Assembly: GCF_006345805.1 (NCBI RefSeq) | Contig: NC_042999.1 | Span: 134,044,001-134,108,000, forward strand | Direction of reading: 5' to 3' | DNA: 64,000 nt | Origin: Octopus sinensis | Lineage: Eukaryota | In this document: positions 40,239 through 53,645 of the stretch, one piece after another | Layout: each line of letters opens with the position of its first letter | Position numbering within the stretch: the stretch's first letter is position 1 | The notes under the pieces: generated by a model | Told to the model about the DNA's origin: nothing | The model's database searches: none | Seen by the model: the letters and a program-made list of their open reading frames with translations, nothing else | Made by a program: the position numbers and the translations under genes

Positions 40239-40851
40239 GAATATATATCTACCCGCTCCACAGTGAACCAATTCTAGCCAGCTTTCATATGCAGCTTCAA
40301 CAGTAACTTGCTTTCAATTGCAGTTCAGGTTGGAGCTTTACTGGTAAACCAAACCGAGCACTTATAGTACATACTCATTATATTACGTCATTAGGCGAAA
40401 ATCCTTTATATGTACGCTCAGATTCTCTCCCTCTCTCCTCCTCTCCCTCCCTTTCTCTCTCCCTTCCTTTCTCCCCCTCTCTCTCTATATATATATATTT
40501 ATATATGTATATGTGTGTGTATATGTATATACATAAATTGTGTGTGTGCATGCGCGCACACCTATGTCTGTGTGTATGAATGTGCGTGTATATGTGTGTG
40601 TGTGTGTACATATATACATATATATTCTTTTAGTCATTTTCTTGTTTTACTCATTTGGGTGTGGCCATGTGGAGCACCGCCTTTAGCCCAGTAAATCGAC
40701 CCCAGGACATATTGTTTGTAACCTAGTAATTATTCTGTCGGTCTTTTGCCGAACTGCTAGCCTACAGGAACGAAAACGCATCAGCATCGGTTGTCAAGCG
40801 ATACTGGGTGGGGGACAAACACAGATACACAAACATATACACACACATACA

Positions 40852-40937
<86 letters not shown>

Positions 40938-40941
<4 letters not shown>

Positions 40942-41613
40942 TTTGTGGAAAATAGTGATTTGACGTCTAGCATGTTGACCGTCCACTTTTAGGGGTCAGT
41001 CCTTAAAACTTTGTATGTGAAAATATTTTAATCTTCGGATTTTTTAATATGCTGGGCCACTGGTTTTAATTTATTAATATCAATTTCTACCCTTATTAAA
41101 TTTTAAATTAAATAAATATGTTCTCTAACCGGTAAATTGACTGCTGCTACTTATTAGCTGCATGGTAGTTTTTCCGATCTCAGCGCGCCAAAGTGAAGGC
41201 ATTTGAGAGATACACAAAAATATAATCGGTTGGACTCCATGCATGCGAGACTCCGGTCAAACGTTTTTGCATCTAGTCCTGCAAATGGTATTTCTATATG
41301 ACAGACCATGCTGACGAGATTGCAGTTTATCCTTGCGGATATTAACAATCGAAACTGATCGGTACATGGGTAATCATTTTTATTTCGTGTATTTTCATTT
41401 GTCTTACTTATTTTTAATGCTTTGGTTTGTGCTGAGTTTTTATTTGAGAACATATTCTTTGTGGGACGTCTATATCTAGCATGTTGGCCATCCACTTTTA
41501 GTGGTCAGTCCTTTAAATTTTGTATGGAAAAATATTTTAATCTTCGGATTTTTTAATATGCTGGGCCACTGGTTTTAATAGATTAATATCAATTTCTACC
41601 CTTATTAAATTTT

Positions 41614-41619
<6 letters not shown>
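40938..41619 (+). mobile_element. Non-coding direct-repeat-bounded element carrying hammerhead ribozymes (retrozyme or PLE pseudo-LTR-like)
   Basis: Direct repeats of about 170 bp at 40938-41110 and 41452-41619 (509-bp period), flanked by (TA)n, with HHR motifs in between. Confidence 0.7.
41306..41369 (+). ncRNA. Type I hammerhead ribozyme, complete catalytic core
   Basis: CCATG-CTGACGA-GATTG..TATCC ttgc GGATA..CAATC-GAA-ACTGATCGGT-A-CATGG: stem I 5 bp, stem II with the canonical G10.1-C11.1 pair, near-palindromic stem III, GUA triplet (cleavage after 41364). Confidence 0.85.
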
Positions 41620-41645
<26 letters not shown>

Positions 41646-41858
41646 CGACAGGCTTCTTTCAGTTTCCATCTACCAAATCTACTCTCAAGGCTTTGGTTGG
41701 CCCAAGGTGCCACGCAGTGGAACTGAACCCGGAACCATGTGGTTGAGAAGCAATCTATATTATATATAATATATATTATATACATACATACATATATATA
41801 TATACACATCTACATATATATATATTTGTGTGTATTGTATATGCACGCATGTATGTGC

Positions 41859-41908
<50 letters not shown>

Positions 41909-42645
41909 CATATCATATTATATTTATCTAAATACACAGGTATACACACATACGCGCGCGCGCACTCTCACACACAAATACGCACACACACACACACAAA
42001 CGAACACTACTTCAAATATAACACTCTGATAGTCTTTTTCCCTGGTCTCCTTAACAAAAAGATCGAATAGTGAAAAAATGCTTCTCCCCCACCAGAGAAT
42101 ACACACACATATGCATATATCCAAACACACACACAGACACCACGCACACCACACACACACACACACACAAACATACACAGCATCAGCCCCCCCCCGCACG
42201 CCCTCACATCCACAAGAACGCACATACACAACCACATTAAACTAAGTGTAACGGTAACTAAATCTTCTCCTTAGGGTGATGAGGTATTAAGCGAAACGTG
42301 GGGATGGCAGAATTGCAGAATTTCCAACACCCCCTACGCTTACGATGCAATGCGAGTCAACATGAAATTGCGCAGTGACTTTCTTTACGACGTACTCACA
42401 CGCCATTCGTATTAATTAAGTTTTCCTGAAAGCTGTTCACCAACAGCCAAAGTCTTCTAATCAAATTCCACTCGAAAAGATTTGGTAACTTGATATAGAT
42501 GAGAAATTTACTGTAGAATGAATTTTTTTCCCCCTTTCATTCTGTATGAGAATGTGCGTGCGTGCACGTACGCATGTGTGAATGTGTGTGCACGTGTGTT
42601 TCTCGTTGATTACATATACATAAAAGTATATCTATGCAATCTGCG

Positions 42646-42688
<43 letters not shown>

Positions 42689-42772
42689 CATAATAAACAT
42701 ATATAGATATATACACGCGCACACACACATCAAGAATCTTGCAAAGCAAATATAAATACGAACTGTGTATAT

Positions 42773-42932
<160 letters not shown>

Positions 42933-43050
42933 GATAGATGGAGACAAAACACACTTCTTGCGTTTCTGTGGGTGTATGTGGGTATGAGTGATAATGTTTA
43001 TGCTTGCATATATATATATTTGTATGTATATATATATATTTGTATGTATG

Positions 43051-43100
<50 letters not shown>

Positions 43101-43714
43101 TGGATGGATGGATGGATGGATGGATGGATGGATTTATGCTTAATCATATATAAAGCTGACCTATGGGTTCCCTGTGTTTGTGAGTGTGTGTTTGTGAGCG
43201 AGTGTGATCCACATATGCTTCTTCACCTGTTTGAGCGTCGACGTCTGTGTATTTGTGTGTGTGTTTATGGATGCATTCATGGCGTATGTACGGTATGGTG
43301 AAATGTGGTACTGTGTGAGAAAAGGTGTTAGGACAAGGCAGTTGCAATACAGTGGGAGATGAATCTGCCTAAAAGTGAAATTTTGTGAGAGAAATGTGTG
43401 CAATACTATTGAGGAAGAAGTGCTGGGCGAATGGGATTAAGATAGGAATGACAAATAATGAAAGAAAGAGTGTGAGATGAAGAGGGATAGCGAATGACAG
43501 TCAAAGTCAGGTAGACAGACAGAATGAAACTTTTGAGGAGAGTGAAATTGCGTGATACAGCATGAGAACTGAGGTGAGAAAAGAAAAGATAAAAGATTGT
43601 GAAGAGAAAGAAAGAGAGAGAGAGAGAGAAAGAGAGAGACCGAAAGAGTGAGAGAGATGGAGTGTAGCGAAAGAGACAGAGACAGAGAGTTTGTAAGATA
43701 GATAGAGTACTCTC

Positions 43715-45015
43715 TTGTGGGGGTGCCTTTACCAAGTGCACTCTCTTTGGGGGTGCCTTTACCACTACGTTGATATCATCAACATAGCGAGAGTACATGT
43801 TCATGTGTATGGAGTTCTGTGTCAGGCGTTCTTTAAGCCTTCTGTCCCACCATACCATGAAAATGTTGGCCACATCACCCCGATGGCTGCTCCCTCATCC
43901 TGCACGTATATTTTGTTAAGCTTAAATGTGTGGCCATTTAGAGTAACTCTTATACTAGCACCTAGTGGATGTGCGATCATTTTCTTCACTTGATATTCGT
44001 TTGCGGGGTCCCGTATGGCTCTGGTCCATCCGCTCCATCTCTCTATAGGGGACTTCCTAGCCATAGATATAATTGTGAGTGGTCCACCTCTTAAACGTCT
44101 ACTGGGGAAGAAACTTCTAAGGTCATGTTTGTCTCCATATTCGTTGTCATATGTCAGTCTAAGTAGGAGGCCCAGTTCCTCTGTGTTGACATTGCGGAAC
44201 TCCACTTCGCTTTCGCTGATCATCTCCACGCACTTCTCCACCGCAAAATTCACGTCGGTAGATGAGTAATAGGGATACCACATCCATGCAACCCACTATA
44301 CATCCTGTCAGGTCGCAGGTGTTGTTACAGTCGTTGATCCTGCTGAGATCTTCCGTGCTATTACAAAAATTAGGTGACACCCAGATTATGGGGCGTATGA
44401 TCATTGAGAGGAAGTAGGAGATCCTGTAGTTGCTAGCAATATTGCTCCACAGACTGGTCTTGTTGGTGGTCCCGTCACTGGATCAGTGGTTATTTTGTGG
44501 TCATTGCGGAGTCCATATATTGTTGTTCCAGGCTTGGAAATTGTTGGCCGTGCATTTCTGTGGTCCAAGAACAATTGTCCACATTGTCATGTGGGCGTTG
44601 AGGACTTTTTCTCTCTTCTCATGCGCCAGTAAAATTGTTACTTTCATATTAGCGATGTGAGGCTGCAATGCCTGGATGTAGTTCGGCAAGCTGTCTATCG
44701 ACATCCTGCCGGACTTATCTGTTGGAGGCATACCACCTCTCCGTTCCTCGTGCGCTGCATGACCTTACGTAGGCCACAAGCGGGTATATTCCCGAGTTGG
44801 TGGGCCGCTGTCTTAGTCTGTCTCTTAGTGAATAGTTCTAAAATCTGTCTATGTTTGGTCCTAGCTATAGTGAATTGTGCTTCCATGTGGTCACTAGTAT
44901 GTTTTGGGATGCAGACCGTTTTGTTAAAGGGCAGTGTTGTCGGATAAATACGGCTCATGTTGTAAGATTTGTCACATATGTTGAAGAAATGAGTGTCAAG
45001 GGGGTGGGTATTCAT
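43715..45015 (-). mobile_element. Penelope-like reverse transcriptase fragment (frameshifted)
   Basis: Ordered RT motifs PTDKSGRM, IIRPII, GCMDVVSL, YVQDEGAAIG, ANIFM and YSRYVDDINVV; truncated after motif C. Confidence 0.8.
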
Positions 45016-45115
45016 GTTGGCCCTTCTAGGGTTATTTTCCTCTCTATCACTACCACTACCCCTATCACCATTGCTGCTACCATCATCAACCCCACTACTA
45101 CTACCACAACCACTG

Positions 45116-45176
<61 letters not shown>

Positions 45177-45378
45177 CGCAACTACTGTTACTACCACTAT
45201 TACTATCTCTGATTATCTCTAGTGATATTCTCGTTGTTCTTGTACCTGGTGTCGTTTATGTGTTGTTTGTATTAGTGTTGGTTCTTATGTTTGCCTGTTG
45301 GTTCCTGCCATTCCCTCTGTTGTGGTTGTTGTTTCTGTTCCTATAGATAGTTAGATAGACATACATACATACATACAT

Positions 45379-45501
<123 letters not shown>

Positions 45502-45681
45502 CAGACATACATACATAGACAAATAGCAGATAGAAATATAGATAGATATGTACCAGGGAAAGAGTGGAGAGAGAGAGAGAGACAATATGAAAGAAAATAG
45601 AAAAGTATCAGATGATGAGAAAGAATATCTAGAGTAAAGGAAACGTCCATTGTGAAAGGAAGCACAGGGTGAGAGGATGAG

Positions 45682-45714
<33 letters not shown>

Positions 45715-47039
45715 TGTACAGAGACTGAGACGGATAAAAAGAGAGAAGGGGGAGAGCGAAAAAGAGATGTTAAAGAAATAACTGCTGGAAATTAGTGTGC
45801 GGGGATATAGATATACTGGGGAAGAAAATGAAAAAAAAAAATGCGTGGCCCTGAGAAAAAGGCAGAGAAAATTTACGAGAATTTACTTGTCAACTTATAA
45901 GGAGCGACCCGATATCGGGGCTAAACAGAAACGATAGGTAGAGACAGTTGTTAATAAAATAATAGGTACGGTTGATTTGTATGCCTATTGAATAAGGTAT
46001 GAATACAGATTTAGTGTCAGCGCCCGAACTACTGACCTTAGGCAAGTAATCTAGCACTCTGTCATTTGATAATTTAACAAGATAGGCATTTAAATAATAT
46101 ATGTTCCCCTTGTTTACATATTACTCATCAGCTTCGCAAAATCACCACCACCACAACAGCCTCTGTCAACAACGCCACAAATAATCAATTACTACCATTA
46201 TCACTAAAACTAAGGTTACACTAGCCAATTCCTCAAATAGGACTAAAGCGGAAGTTTCTGCATGTTCACCTACCCTGTTAGCAATGGCAAATGAATTACC
46301 CACAAAATTATACTCCATCGTTTTATAAAAGTTAGGACGTACAAGATATTCTAAGATAATCTATGTCAGAGTTAAAAAGAAATTGCAGAAATGTTTTGTA
46401 CAAACGGCCACCATCATATATCCAACTCTTATACAATTTTGTTAGCATCAACTCATTCCACTAGAAGACAAATGCCTAAAGAAATGGTTAGCAGGTTCTT
46501 AACAAACTCTTATAGGCTCAACAGAATTCCATTTTAATATTAGGTACACGCAGCAAATATACTTCTTTTAATAACCCGAAGAAATGAAACACCATCTCTC
46601 ATTTACAGTACGTCTGGACCCTGAAGGATGAAGATGCTACAACTTTTAATGTTGTAGCCTGTAGGTGAATTTGCGAAACCATATTCTGGAAGATCTGAAT
46701 CGTGCTGCTGGTGAAAATTCTTCCTACTGGTGTCTCATTTCAACTTATTCAATAATCGGTTTGAGTATATTTCGAACTATCGTCGTCAGAATCAAGTTTA
46801 TTCCTCTGAATTCTATTCTAGTTACAGATTGTATATTTTGCATTTTTGTGTAATTTCTTTGTGTAATTTCTTTGCAATTCTTTAATCGTTCCTTGAAGCT
46901 CTGTAAATATGATTATTTAATGTTTTCCTTCCCACATCATATTTTGTGCCAACTGTTCCCTATTAATCAACTTTTGTTCCATTTTGCAGAACTGAAAGCT
47001 GTTAGTAATCTAACATCTCTTTTTTCTCAAAATTCTCTC

Positions 47040-47456
47040 TTTTACTCTTTTACTTGTTTCAGTCATTTGACTGCGGCCATGCTGGAGCACCGCCTTTTTT
47101 CTTTTTAATCGAGCAACTCGACCCCGGGACTTATTCTTTGTAAGCCCAGTACTTATTCTATCGGTCTCTTTTGCCGAACCGCTAAGTGACGGGGACATAA
47201 ACACACCAGCATCGGTTGTCAAGCAATGCTAGGGGGACAAACACAGACACACAAACATACACGCACACACACACATATATATATATATATACATACATAT
47301 ATACGACGGGCTTCTTTCAGTTTTCGTCTACCAAATCCACTCACAAGACTTTGGTCGGCCCGAGGCTATAGTAGAAGACACTTGCCCAAGGTGCCACGCA
47401 GTGGGACTGAACCCGGAACCATGTGGTTGGTAAACAAGCTACCTACCACACAGCCA
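47040..47456 (-). mobile_element. SINE family 'C', well-preserved full-length copy
   Basis: Close reverse complement of 35808-36202. Confidence 0.92.
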
Positions 47457-48447
47457 TTCTAATTTTTTTTTTAATATTGTACACGTTTTCTCTTTATTTT
47501 GGCTTTAAGCCACAAATCAGGTGGTCTCGTCTCACTTTTCTATTTGTCACTTTTTCTCCAGTTCACTTTTCCATTAATTTTTTTTTTTTAGATGCCTATT
47601 TCTTGAAAGCAGACATATTATTTTAGATAAATAATGAATTTATTATTTATATTAATTTGCTTTTTAAGTAGGCACGTTAGATAATATAGTCATATGTATT
47701 CCATATCTGAAAATGAAAAGAGAGCAACGACTGGATTGTCACAAATGGAACAATTTAGATCAAAGGTCTGCTGAATCAGGAGTGAAATGCAGTTGCGGTA
47801 GCAACCGTCCCACCACTAACAAAGTCACTATGTTTGCTTGTTTTTAATGATTTGGCCGCACTTCTACATCACATTTCTTCTCGGGACAATACACACAACT
47901 ATCATTATACCAAAGATTACAAGATCAAATATGTAATCAATGTTTCTTTTTCTACACTGCAAAATAGGGTCTAAGTAAGAGAATTAACCAAATAGAACAT
48001 TAAACACTCAACTATCAGTTTCTTGTGCATAGATATCAGTGTAGCACTGTATCTGACAGACTGTAGGCTGTTGTTATACACTGGTCACAATACACTTCCT
48101 CAGAGTGTCGTAGCTTTCGAATAATGCCACCTCATTGGCCTGGTGGGAAGGCCAACATTCCATCTTCACAGAACACCAGTCCATTGTTGTGACACTCATT
48201 TACAGTTAGGTGGACTCAGTGTTTAAATATACAGGCCCTTGTTGTAACTAGGGGATTGAGGAAAAGACGTTCGTCATCGATTGTGTGAATGGAGTGGGTT
48301 GCTTTTATTTCGAGAGAACCAAAGGAATTTGTATTGCTGAAGGATTTCATATTAGGAATAATGGGAAACAGGGCTATTCCATACACCAAGTTGCAAATTG
48401 AGAACTATGGAATTGTTAAAAAAAATTTATAATTTGGACAGAAACAT

Positions 48448-48598
48448 GGCTGTGTAGCAAGAAATTTTCTTTTCAAACACATGATTCTGGGTTCAGTCCT
48501 GTTGCCTAGTGGTTGCTTGGACAAATGTCTTCCTCTGCAACACCAGACCGATCAATGCTTTGTAAGACGGAAACTGAAAGAAGCCCGTCGAATATACA

Positions 48599-48654
<56 letters not shown>

Positions 48655-48890
48655 GTGTGTGTGTGCCTTTGTGTTTGTTCCCCACCCACTGCTTGACAAC
48701 CTGACAACCAGTGTTGGGTTGGTTTACATTCCCACAACTTAGTCCGGCCAAAGCACCGACAGAATAAGTACCAGACTTGAAAAGAAAGATAAGCACTAGG
48801 GTCGATTTGTTCAACGAAAACACTTCAAGGCGATGCTGTAGCATGGCCGCAGTCCAATAAGCGAGACAAGTAAAAAGCTAAAAGCTAAAA
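48448..48890 (+). mobile_element. SINE family 'C', diverged
   Basis: TGGCTGTGTAGCAAG..GGTTCAGTCC..GGAAACTGAAAGAAGCCCGTCG-(TG)n-..GCATGGCCGCAGTC. Confidence 0.85.
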
Positions 48891-49071
48891 GGTATTACAT
48901 TGTATAGCAGACTGTACTACGTTACACTACGACTTCGCTACATCTTAACTTCCCCCAAAATAAACCTGCACTTTACTATATCGGATTGATTGCATTATAC
49001 GACATTGGAGATTAGCGTCCCTATAACTAAGCTCACCGTCGCTAAGAGTGTCATGCTAGCACAACGGAAAC

Positions 49072-49105
49072 AACATCATCATCATCTTCGACATCGTTAT
49101 CGTTG

Positions 49106-49144
<39 letters not shown>

Positions 49145-49334
49145 CCATCATCCATAACAACAGCAACAGCATCATCGCCAACATCATCTTTATCATTATG
49201 ATGATGACCATCAACAATCATCGTCATCATCATCATCATCACCATCATCATCATCATAAAAATTATCATCATTACCTTCATCAGTTTTATCATCATCCTT
49301 ATCATCATCGCCGTTATCCCCATCGTCGTCGTCG

Positions 49335-49399
<65 letters not shown>

Positions 49400-49425
49400 G
49401 TCATAATCATCATCGTCATCATCAT
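49072..49425. repeat. Degenerate (CAT)n tract
   Basis: Visible directly. Confidence 0.95.
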
Positions 49426-49571
49426 CTTGCATTTTCATGAATACGCTCGACGCAGCTACCATCGCCACCACCCGCACCAACACCAAAAACCACAACTATA
49501 TCAACCAATGCTGTCTTTAATACCATGAACAACAATAAAAAGCCAATATACCGTTTCCTCTTTCTCTTTAC

Positions 49572-49742
49572 TTTTTGCTTTTTTTTTTACTCTGTTTCTC
49601 TAATACACATGTGTGTGTAGTACATTTACACACATACACACACACACATATATATATATGTATATGTGTATATGCATGAGTGTACATACACACACAGATA
49701 CACACACTGACATACACGTACCTGAATACTCACACAAACACA

Positions 49743-49781
<39 letters not shown>

Positions 49782-50190
49782 CCACATACACTCACATACA
49801 CGCACATACACAAACGTTACACTCCAACCATCAATGTCACGAACTGGTTCCTTGCTGTGTCACTGATGGCTGTATGACATGATAATGAAATAAAGTAAAA
49901 TAAAATATTAGCTGGAAATTACTGAAAAGCTACCACCAGCTACTTATCCCCACTTCCCACAACCAACCCAGAGGATCTTCAAAGCTCACTCAATGTTATC
50001 TCTTGTATAAACCTCAAAAATCATACACCTACTTCCTATCATGTTACCTTCTCTCTGCTCTGTTTCCCCCCCCCCCCATCTTTTTAACCATGGATTTGGC
50101 GTGCTGTCTGCCATTTGCAAATAAAAAACATTTTTTTTTCTAAACCCCCACATGATTTTTTAATTAAATGCAAACTATAGCAATAATAAT

Positions 50191-50222
<32 letters not shown>

Positions 50223-50340
50223 ACTAATAATAATAATATAATAATAATAATTAATAATAATAATAATAATAATAACAGTGATAATAATGATGACGATTTC
50301 TAATATTTAATAACATTAATAATAAAAAATGACAGTGATG

Positions 50341-50385
<45 letters not shown>

Positions 50386-50953
50386 TAATAATAATAATAA
50401 TAATAATAATATGTGATGTTTTTCCTTCATGTGGAAATCGGTTATTTCTTTAGAAGTCATGCAAGAATGCAAAACAAAAAAAAAGAAGAAAAAGAAGAAG
50501 AAGAAGAAGAGAAGAAGAAGAGAAGAAGAAGAAGAAGAAGAAGAAGAAAGAAGAAGAAGAAGAAGAAGAAGAAGAAGAAAGAAGAAGAAGAAGAAGAAGA
50601 AGAAGAAGAAGAAGAAGAAGAAGAGAAGAAGAAGAAGAAGAAAGAATTTGGTTGTTCAAGAAAAAAATGGCAGATATGAAGTGAGGGTATACGAAATTAA
50701 CTTTATGCATATGTACAAGGGTGTATTACCGCGCGCGCGTGTGTGTATGTGTGTGCACGTGCGCGCGCGTGTATGTGCGTGGTGTGTGTGTGTGTGTGTG
50801 TGTGTGTGAGGGAGAGCGAGAGAGACCTATGCGTGTGTGCGTGCTTTTAAAGTATTCATATAATTTATGTACATCATTGTATGTGCCTATATGCTATGCG
50901 CATGCTTGTATGCATGGGCGTGCGCATATATGAATACGTGTTCGTGTGTATGC

Positions 50954-51017
<64 letters not shown>

Positions 51018-51048
51018 AATCATCATCTTTTGAACTTATTTTTTCCCT

Positions 51049-51079
<31 letters not shown>

Positions 51080-51853
51080 GGGTGTGTAGTATTTATTATT
51101 ATACATGGGTGTTGGATGCAACTTTTTCAATGTAAATTTGGAAACGATAAGAGTCAGGAACTATATTGGCTTCACGCAGTCATTCGCTGTAATAAAGGAA
51201 TTGATTGAGTGAGGAGCGTACCTCTATGTTTATGGGTTTTTTGCTTTTTTTTTACTCTGTTTCTCTAATACACATGTGTGTGTAGTACATTTACACACAT
51301 ACACACACACACACATATATATATATGTATATGTGTATATGCATGAGTGTACATACACACACAGATACACACACTGACATACACGTACCTGAATACTCAC
51401 ACAAACACACACACATACACACACACACACACACACATATACACCCACATACACTCACATACACGCACATACACAAACGTTACACTCCAACCATCAATGT
51501 CACGAACTGGTTCCTTGCTGTGTCACTGATGGCTGTATGACATGATAATGAAATAAAGTAAAATAAAATATTAGCTGGAAATTACTGAAAAGCTACCACC
51601 AGCTACTTATCCCCACTTCCCACAACCAACCCAGAGGATCTTCAAAGCTCACTCAATGTTATCTCTTGTATAAACCTCAAAAATCATACACCTACTTCCT
51701 ATCATGTTACCTTCTCTCTGCTCTGTTTCCCCCCCCCCCCATCTTTTTAACCATGGATTTGGCGTGCTGTCTGCCATTTGCAAATAAAAAACACATTTTT
51801 TTTTCTAAACCCCCACATGATTTTTTAATTAAATGCAAACTATAGCAATAATA

Positions 51854-51885
<32 letters not shown>

Positions 51886-51887
51886 AC

Positions 51888-51940
<53 letters not shown>

Positions 51941-52003
51941 GTGATAATAATGATGACGATTTCTAATATTTAATAACATTAATAATAAAAAATGACAGTG
52001 ATG

Positions 52004-52068
<65 letters not shown>

Positions 52069-52554
52069 TATGTGATGTTTTTCCTTCATGTGGAAATCGG
52101 TTATTTCTTTAGAAGTCATGCAAGAATGCAAAACAAAAAAAAAGAAGAAAAAGAAGAAGACGAAGAAGAAGAAGAAGAAGAAGAAGAAGAAGAAGAAGAG
52201 AAGAAGAAGAAGAAGAAGAAGAAGAAGAAGAAGAAGAAGAAGAAGAAAGAATTTGGTTGTTCAAGAAAAAAATGGCAGATATGAAGTGAGGGTATACGAA
52301 ATTAACTTTATGCATATGTACAAGGGTGTATTACCGCGCGCGCGTGTGTGTATGTGTGTGCACGTGCGCGCGCGTGTATGTGCGTGGTGTGTGTGTGTGT
52401 GTGTGTGTGAGGGAGAGCGAGAGAGACCTATGCGTGTGTGCGTGCTTTTAAAGTATTCATATAATTTATGTACATCATTGTATGTGCCTATATGCTATGC
52501 GCATGCTTGTATGCATGGGCGTGCGCATATATGAATACGTGTTCGTGTGTATGC

Positions 52555-52618
<64 letters not shown>

Positions 52619-52649
52619 AATCATCATCTTTTGAACTTATTTTTTCCCT

Positions 52650-52680
<31 letters not shown>

Positions 52681-52854
52681 GGGTGTGTAGTATTTATTAT
52701 TATACATGGGTGTTGGATGCAACTTTTTCAATGTAAATTTGGAAACGATAAGAGTCAGGAACTATATTGGCTTCACGCAGTCATTCGCTGTAATAAAGGA
52801 ATTGATTGAGTGAGGAGCGTACCTCTATGTTTATGGGTTTTTTGCTTTTTTTTA
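49572..52854. repeat. Head-to-tail tandem duplication (units of 1666 and 1601 bp)
   Basis: 49572-51237 and 51238-52838 match except mainly in microsatellite and homopolymer lengths. Confidence 0.97.
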
Positions 52855-53475
52855 TATTTTATTTACTGGATAGCGTGAAGCAACAGGGATGCCATATATT
52901 TGTACAGAAATATTCTATAGACATTCTGGATACCGTTGAAGCCTCATGTCACTGAATTGCTGGTACGGGAGAGTGTTGTGTTTGTTACACTAATCTTTCT
53001 CTCCTAGATATTTTTTTTTTGTGACATTTAATAACTTTCTATTCAACGCTTGCATGCATAAAAAAAGCTTTGGTATATAGCGATAATTTTGTTCAGGTCT
53101 GTCTGTCTATATGCATGCATGCGTATGTACATGCATGCATGTATTTATGTATATATGTAAGCATGTATGTATATATGCATTACGTATGAGAAAGTATGCG
53201 TAAACATTCACATACTATTTGCACGTTGATAAGTTTACATGAGACGTATATGAAATGATTGGATTCAGAGAATAGTGCAGCTATCACAGAAAGCTCCTCT
53301 TACGGACACGGCTAGCAGTCCACATAGTAATTAAATACGAAGAGGTGCAATGTAGTGTGTCCAATGTAGTGTGTCCATGTAAATGTAAAATCCAGAAAAG
53401 ACGAGCGATGAAACTATTTCATGAAGAGTAAATTTAAGCATAAAGATTTTATGCTTTTAATCTACAATCTCTTGT

Positions 53476-53645
53476 AAGGCGGTGATCAGGCAGAACTGTG
53501 TGCACGCCGGGCAAAATATCTGACGCTATTTCTTCCGGCGTTACCCTCTGAATTCTGAGTTGCCTGTCATAATTTCGAACACTGGTGTAGGTGTAATCGA
53601 CTAGCCAATTCCCCGAAAGTTTCGGGCCTTGTGGTTATAGCAGCA
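53476..53645 (+). mobile_element. SINE family 'B', diverged
   Basis: AAGGCGGTGATCAGGCAGAA..GCACGCCGGGCAAAAT..GTAATCGACTAG..TTTCGGGCCTTGTG. Confidence 0.75.

Larger units (their letters stand above)
40626..41748 (-). mobile_element. SINE family 'C' split at its central (TA)n by an insertion
   Basis: 3' half at 40626-40860 and 5' half at 41645-41748, same orientation, on either side of 40938-41619. Confidence 0.75.

Noticed and set aside
46615-46800. Additional hammerhead candidates (also CTGANGA hits at 16442, 20481, 22551, 56426, 56940)
   Set aside because: No consistent set of stems I-III plus GAAA and NUH could be built; at best these are unrecognisably decayed.
49825-49872. pre-miRNA-like hairpin in the duplicated unit
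   Set aside because: A 16-bp stem with a 16-nt loop and no basal stem is too short for Drosha/Dicer processing.
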